A DNA stretch of 64,000 bases from an uncultured Flavobacteriales bacterium (GTDB lineage: Bacteria > Bacteroidota > Bacteroidia > Flavobacteriales_D > CALLUQ01), in the NCBI GenBank assembly GCA_938010565.1, contig CALLUQ010000069.1:3400-67399 (forward strand), read 5' to 3'. Each line of letters begins with the position of its first letter. Position 1 is the first letter of the stretch. Shown here piece after piece: positions 60,652 through 64,000 of the stretch. The notes beneath the pieces were generated by a model. It saw nothing but the letters and a program-made list of their open reading frames with translations, had not been told where the DNA came from and made no database searches. The position numbers and the translations under genes were made by a program.

Positions 60652-61941
60652 TTAATCAAAGCTCCAGTTATGGCGGTCTTGCAAATACCGGTTCACCATA
60701 GCCCGAACGCTTTTGTTATCAATGCTTTCCAATACATCCGATGCAAATGCGGCGATCAGTAAGCGGCGGGCACTGTGCTTGCCCAATCCGCGGGCACGCA
60801 AATAAAAGAGGGCTTCTTCGTTGAGCCGGCCTGTGGTTGAGCCGTGGCTGCATTTTACGTCATCGGCATAAATCTCCAGTTCGGGTTTCGAATTTACACG
60901 GGCATCTCTGGATAAAAGAATATTGCCATTGTTTTGAAAGGCATTGGTTTTCTGGGCATCCTGGCGCACAAATACTTTCCCGTTAAAAACGGCCGAAGAA
61001 GCTTCATCCATCAAACCTTTGTAGTTTTCTTCCGAATAACAATCCGGCACTCTGTGATCTACTTGGGTGTGGTTATCGATGTGCTGACGGCCTTTTCCTA
61101 CGTACAAACCGTTGAGGTAAGTTTCGCAATGTTTGCCGTTGACCGATATGTGGAGCGAATTGCGTATCATTTTCCCGTTAAGGGTGATGGTATTGATCTT
61201 AAAGGTGCTTTGTGCATCCTGGTGAACGTATTCGGTGCAAATGTGGCTTATTCCTTCGTCTTCGGCCTGCAATTTATCGTACTGTACGTGTGCCGCTTTT
61301 CCTACGGAAATTTGCATCACGCTATTTACAAAAGCATTACAGCTATTGATCGAGCCAAATGTTCCCACTAGTTTTACCTGTGCATTTTCCCCTACCCGGA
61401 TCAGGTGATGGGGCTGGGCAATGGTATCTTCATGGGTAACCAGGTGCAACATTTGTACGGTTCTTTCTACCACAACATGATCCGGAATATACAGGAACAA
61501 TCCGCCAAAGGGTTGAGCAGCATTCAGGGCGGTAAAAACTTCGGTGTTTACCGTATGTTTTCCGTATTGTGCTTCCAGCAATTCCGGGTGGTATTCGCTG
61601 GCTGTTTTGAGGTCGGTTACAATCACTCCTGCCGGCATTTCGTGTAGCGAAGAAAGATCGGCGCGGTAATAACCGTTCACAAAAACAAGGGTATTTGCCT
61701 CTTCCGGATCTGCTTTCCAGTGGCTTATGTCATAAATTTCCGAAGTGGGGTTGGCGCTCCATTTCGTTGCGGCCAGATAGCCCACTCTGGTGTATTTCCA
61801 CGCTTCGGCTTTGAAGTGTGGAAGGTCCAGTTCAGCCAATTGTTGGTCAGCCTCCCGAGTAGCGGAATTGGAAAAGCATCCTGCGTTTTTCACCGCTTCC
61901 CGAATTTTTTGGCTTTTGCGCATTTCAAGCGTTGCAGTCAT
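60652..61941 (-). CDS. sufD: Fe-S cluster assembly protein SufD
   Basis: EAWKYT, AVFNGKVFVRQDAQKT and KPELEIYADDVKCSHG motifs. Confidence 0.95.
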   Translation of the reverse strand: MTATLEMRKSQKIREAVKNAGCFSNSATREADQQLAELDLPHFKAEAWKYTRVGYLAATKWSANPTSEIYDISHWKADPEEANTLVFVNGYYRADLSSLHEMPAGVIVTDLKTASEYHPELLEAQYGKHTVNTEVFTALNAAQPFGGLFLYIPDHVVVERTVQMLHLVTHEDTIAQPHHLIRVGENAQVKLVGTFGSINSCNAFVNSVMQISVGKAAHVQYDKLQAEDEGISHICTEYVHQDAQSTFKINTITLNGKMIRNSLHISVNGKHCETYLNGLYVGKGRQHIDNHTQVDHRVPDCYSEENYKGLMDEASSAVFNGKVFVRQDAQKTNAFQNNGNILLSRDARVNSKPELEIYADDVKCSHGSTTGRLNEEALFYLRARGLGKHSARRLLIAAFASDVLESIDNKSVRAMVNRYLQDRHNWSFD

Positions 61942-61951
61942 GGGTTTTTGC

Positions 61952-62716
61952 TTAAACGTCAACGGTTTCACCGTTTTCTTCTTTGATCCAGTCGTATCCT
62001 TTTTCTTCTAACTCCATGGCGAGTTCTTTGGGGCCGGATCTTACAATTCGGCCCTGGTATAGTACATGCACAAAATCAGGGATAATATAATCGAGTAAGC
62101 GTTGGTAATGGGTGACTACAATGGTGGCATTGGTTTCGTTTTTCAGTTGGTTTACACCATTGGCCACAATGCGTAAGGCATCAATGTCGAGCCCCGAATC
62201 GGTTTCATCCAGCACAGACAAAGAAGGTTCCAGCATGGCCATCTGGAAAATTTCGTTGCGTTTTTTCTCTCCACCCGAAAACCCCTCGTTAACAGAGCGG
62301 TTTTTCAATTTGGTATCGAGTTCTACCAAGGCCGATCTTTCACGAACTCTGGCCAGAAAATCTTTGGCAGTAATGGGCTCCAGTCCTTTGGATGTACGGA
62401 TCTCGTTAAGGGCGGTTTTCAGGAAATTGATGTTGCTTACTCCCGGAATTTCCACCGGATATTGAAAGGCGAGGAAAACGCCTTCGCGGGCCCGGTCTTC
62501 TGCCGCCATTTCCAACAGGTCTTTGCCCTTGTAGGTAACGGAGCCGCCGGTTACTTCGTATTCTTCACGGCCTGCCAAAACCGAGGCCAACGTACTTTTT
62601 CCGGAACCATTCGGGCCCATAATGGCGTGTATTTCGCCTGCTTTTACTTCGAGATCGATTCCGCTCAGGATCTCTTTCCCTTCAATTTCGGCTTTAAGCC
62701 CTTTGATCGATAGCAT
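61952..62716 (-). CDS. sufC: Fe-S assembly ATPase SufC
   Basis: GPNGSGKST, FQYPVEIPG, GFSGGEKKRNE and DETDSGLDID motifs. Confidence 0.98.
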   Translation of the reverse strand: MLSIKGLKAEIEGKEILSGIDLEVKAGEIHAIMGPNGSGKSTLASVLAGREEYEVTGGSVTYKGKDLLEMAAEDRAREGVFLAFQYPVEIPGVSNINFLKTALNEIRTSKGLEPITAKDFLARVRERSALVELDTKLKNRSVNEGFSGGEKKRNEIFQMAMLEPSLSVLDETDSGLDIDALRIVANGVNQLKNETNATIVVTHYQRLLDYIIPDFVHVLYQGRIVRSGPKELAMELEEKGYDWIKEENGETVDV

Positions 62717-62769
62717 AATTATTTGCTTAATTCCTGTTTTCTTTTTTTGCTGATGTCTTTAAGAAGGAG

Positions 62770-63999
62770 TTACCCCACGCTTCCTTCCAGGCTGATGGCC
62801 AGTAATTTTTGTGCCTCTACAGCAAACTCCATGGGAAGTTTGTTCAATACTTCTTTGGCATAACCGTTAACAATCAAGCTGATTGCTTTTTCGGTATCGA
62901 TGCCGCGCTGGTTGCAGTAAAAGATCTGATCTTCTCCGATCTTAGAGGTCGTTGCTTCGTGCTCTACCTGGGCCGAAGGGTTTTCTACTTCTATGTAAGG
63001 AAAGGTGTGTGCACCGCAGCGGTCGCCCATCAGAAGGGAGTCGCATTGGGAAAAATTTCGTGCATTTTCTGCGTTTTTTCCGATTTTTACCAGGCCCCGA
63101 TAAGAATTCTGGCTTTTTCCGGCCGAAATGCCTTTCGAAATGATGGTGCTTTTGGTGTTTTTGCCGATATGGATCATTTTGGTTCCGGTATCTGCTTGTT
63201 GAAGTTTATTGGTGAGGGCTACCGAAAAGAATTCACCTACTGCATGATCCCCTTTCAAGATGCAGGAAGGGTATTTCCAGGTTATCGCCGATCCTGTTTC
63301 TACCTGTGTCCAGGAAATGGTGGATCGGTTGTGGCAAATGCCTCGTTTGGTCACAAAATTGTATACGCCTCCTTTGCCTTCATCATCACCGGGATACCAG
63401 TTCTGAACCGTAGAATATTTAATTTCGGCACCATCCAGAGCAATGAGTTCGACCACGGCTGCATGCAGTTGATTTTCATCGCGCATCGGAGCCGTACATC
63501 CTTCCAGGTAACTGACATAGCTATCCTCATCTGCGATTACCAAGGTTCTTTCAAACTGGCCGGTTTTGGCCTCATTGATCCTGAAATACGTAGAAAGCTC
63601 CATCGGGCAACGTACTCCTTTCGGGATGTAACAAAATGAACCATCGGTAAAAACAGCAGAATTTAATGCTGCATAAAAGTTATCGGAGCGCGGAACCACT
63701 GTGCCCAGGTATTTTTGTACCAATTGGGGGTGTTCCTGAACCGCCTCGCTGAAACTGCAAAAGATAATGCCCAATTCGGCCAATTTGGCTTTAAAAGTGG
63801 TGGCCACGGAAACACTGTCTACCACAATATCAACTGCTACTCCTGTCAACTTTTTTTGTTCATCCAGTGAGATGCCCAGTTTATCAAACGTTTTCAGCAA
63901 TTCCGGATCTACTTCATCCAGGCTCTTCGGGTTTTTCTTCTGCTTGGGAGCGGCATAATAATGAAAGCTCTGAAAGTCGGGCCGGGGATACTGTATATG
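62770..63999 (-). CDS. sufB: Fe-S cluster assembly protein SufB (5'-truncated by the window edge)
   Basis: [23 protein letters not shown] and EHEATTSKI motifs; frame open to the window end. Confidence 0.98.
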   Translation of the reverse strand, partial: HIQYPRPDFQSFHYYAAPKQKKNPKSLDEVDPELLKTFDKLGISLDEQKKLTGVAVDIVVDSVSVATTFKAKLAELGIIFCSFSEAVQEHPQLVQKYLGTVVPRSDNFYAALNSAVFTDGSFCYIPKGVRCPMELSTYFRINEAKTGQFERTLVIADEDSYVSYLEGCTAPMRDENQLHAAVVELIALDGAEIKYSTVQNWYPGDDEGKGGVYNFVTKRGICHNRSTISWTQVETGSAITWKYPSCILKGDHAVGEFFSVALTNKLQQADTGTKMIHIGKNTKSTIISKGISAGKSQNSYRGLVKIGKNAENARNFSQCDSLLMGDRCGAHTFPYIEVENPSAQVEHEATTSKIGEDQIFYCNQRGIDTEKAISLIVNGYAKEVLNKLPMEFAVEAQKLLAISLEGSVG

Positions 64000-64000
64000 G

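Overview
A 64-kb segment of a Bacteroidota chromosome, probably Flavobacteriales-like (TAnnTTTG promoters, T9SS genes, nadK-porG-uppS-bamA-skp-skp-murI operon). Most of it is housekeeping: aspS (partial), rnhA, purN, secA, rplU-rpmA, gatA, tatA, sufB(partial)CDSE, nfuA, T9SS porW and a second porU/porV pair, a metal-uptake TonB-receptor operon, beta- and gamma-carbonic anhydrases and a FecI/FecR pair. The best candidate for an undescribed system is the purN-secA insert (about 14.35-20.2 kb). It holds an ECF sigma factor, a TM/TPR anti-sigma and two divergent uncharacterised genes: a frameshifted protein with two Cys-conserving repeat domains, and a PKD/DUF11-like protein with a Cys-rich membrane anchor. 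All three transcription units are preceded by the same ATG(G/T)AA-N15/16-CGTCnT promoter-like motif. Intergenic spaces hold decayed mobile DNA: five co-oriented ISAs1 right ends, a scrambled Rhs remnant fused to ISAs1, an Rpn pseudogene, a probable group II intron 5' fragment, an IS4 remnant and a 165-bp MITE-like element. No rRNA, tRNA or CRISPR array was recognised. All family calls come from motif recognition by eye; no database searches were run.
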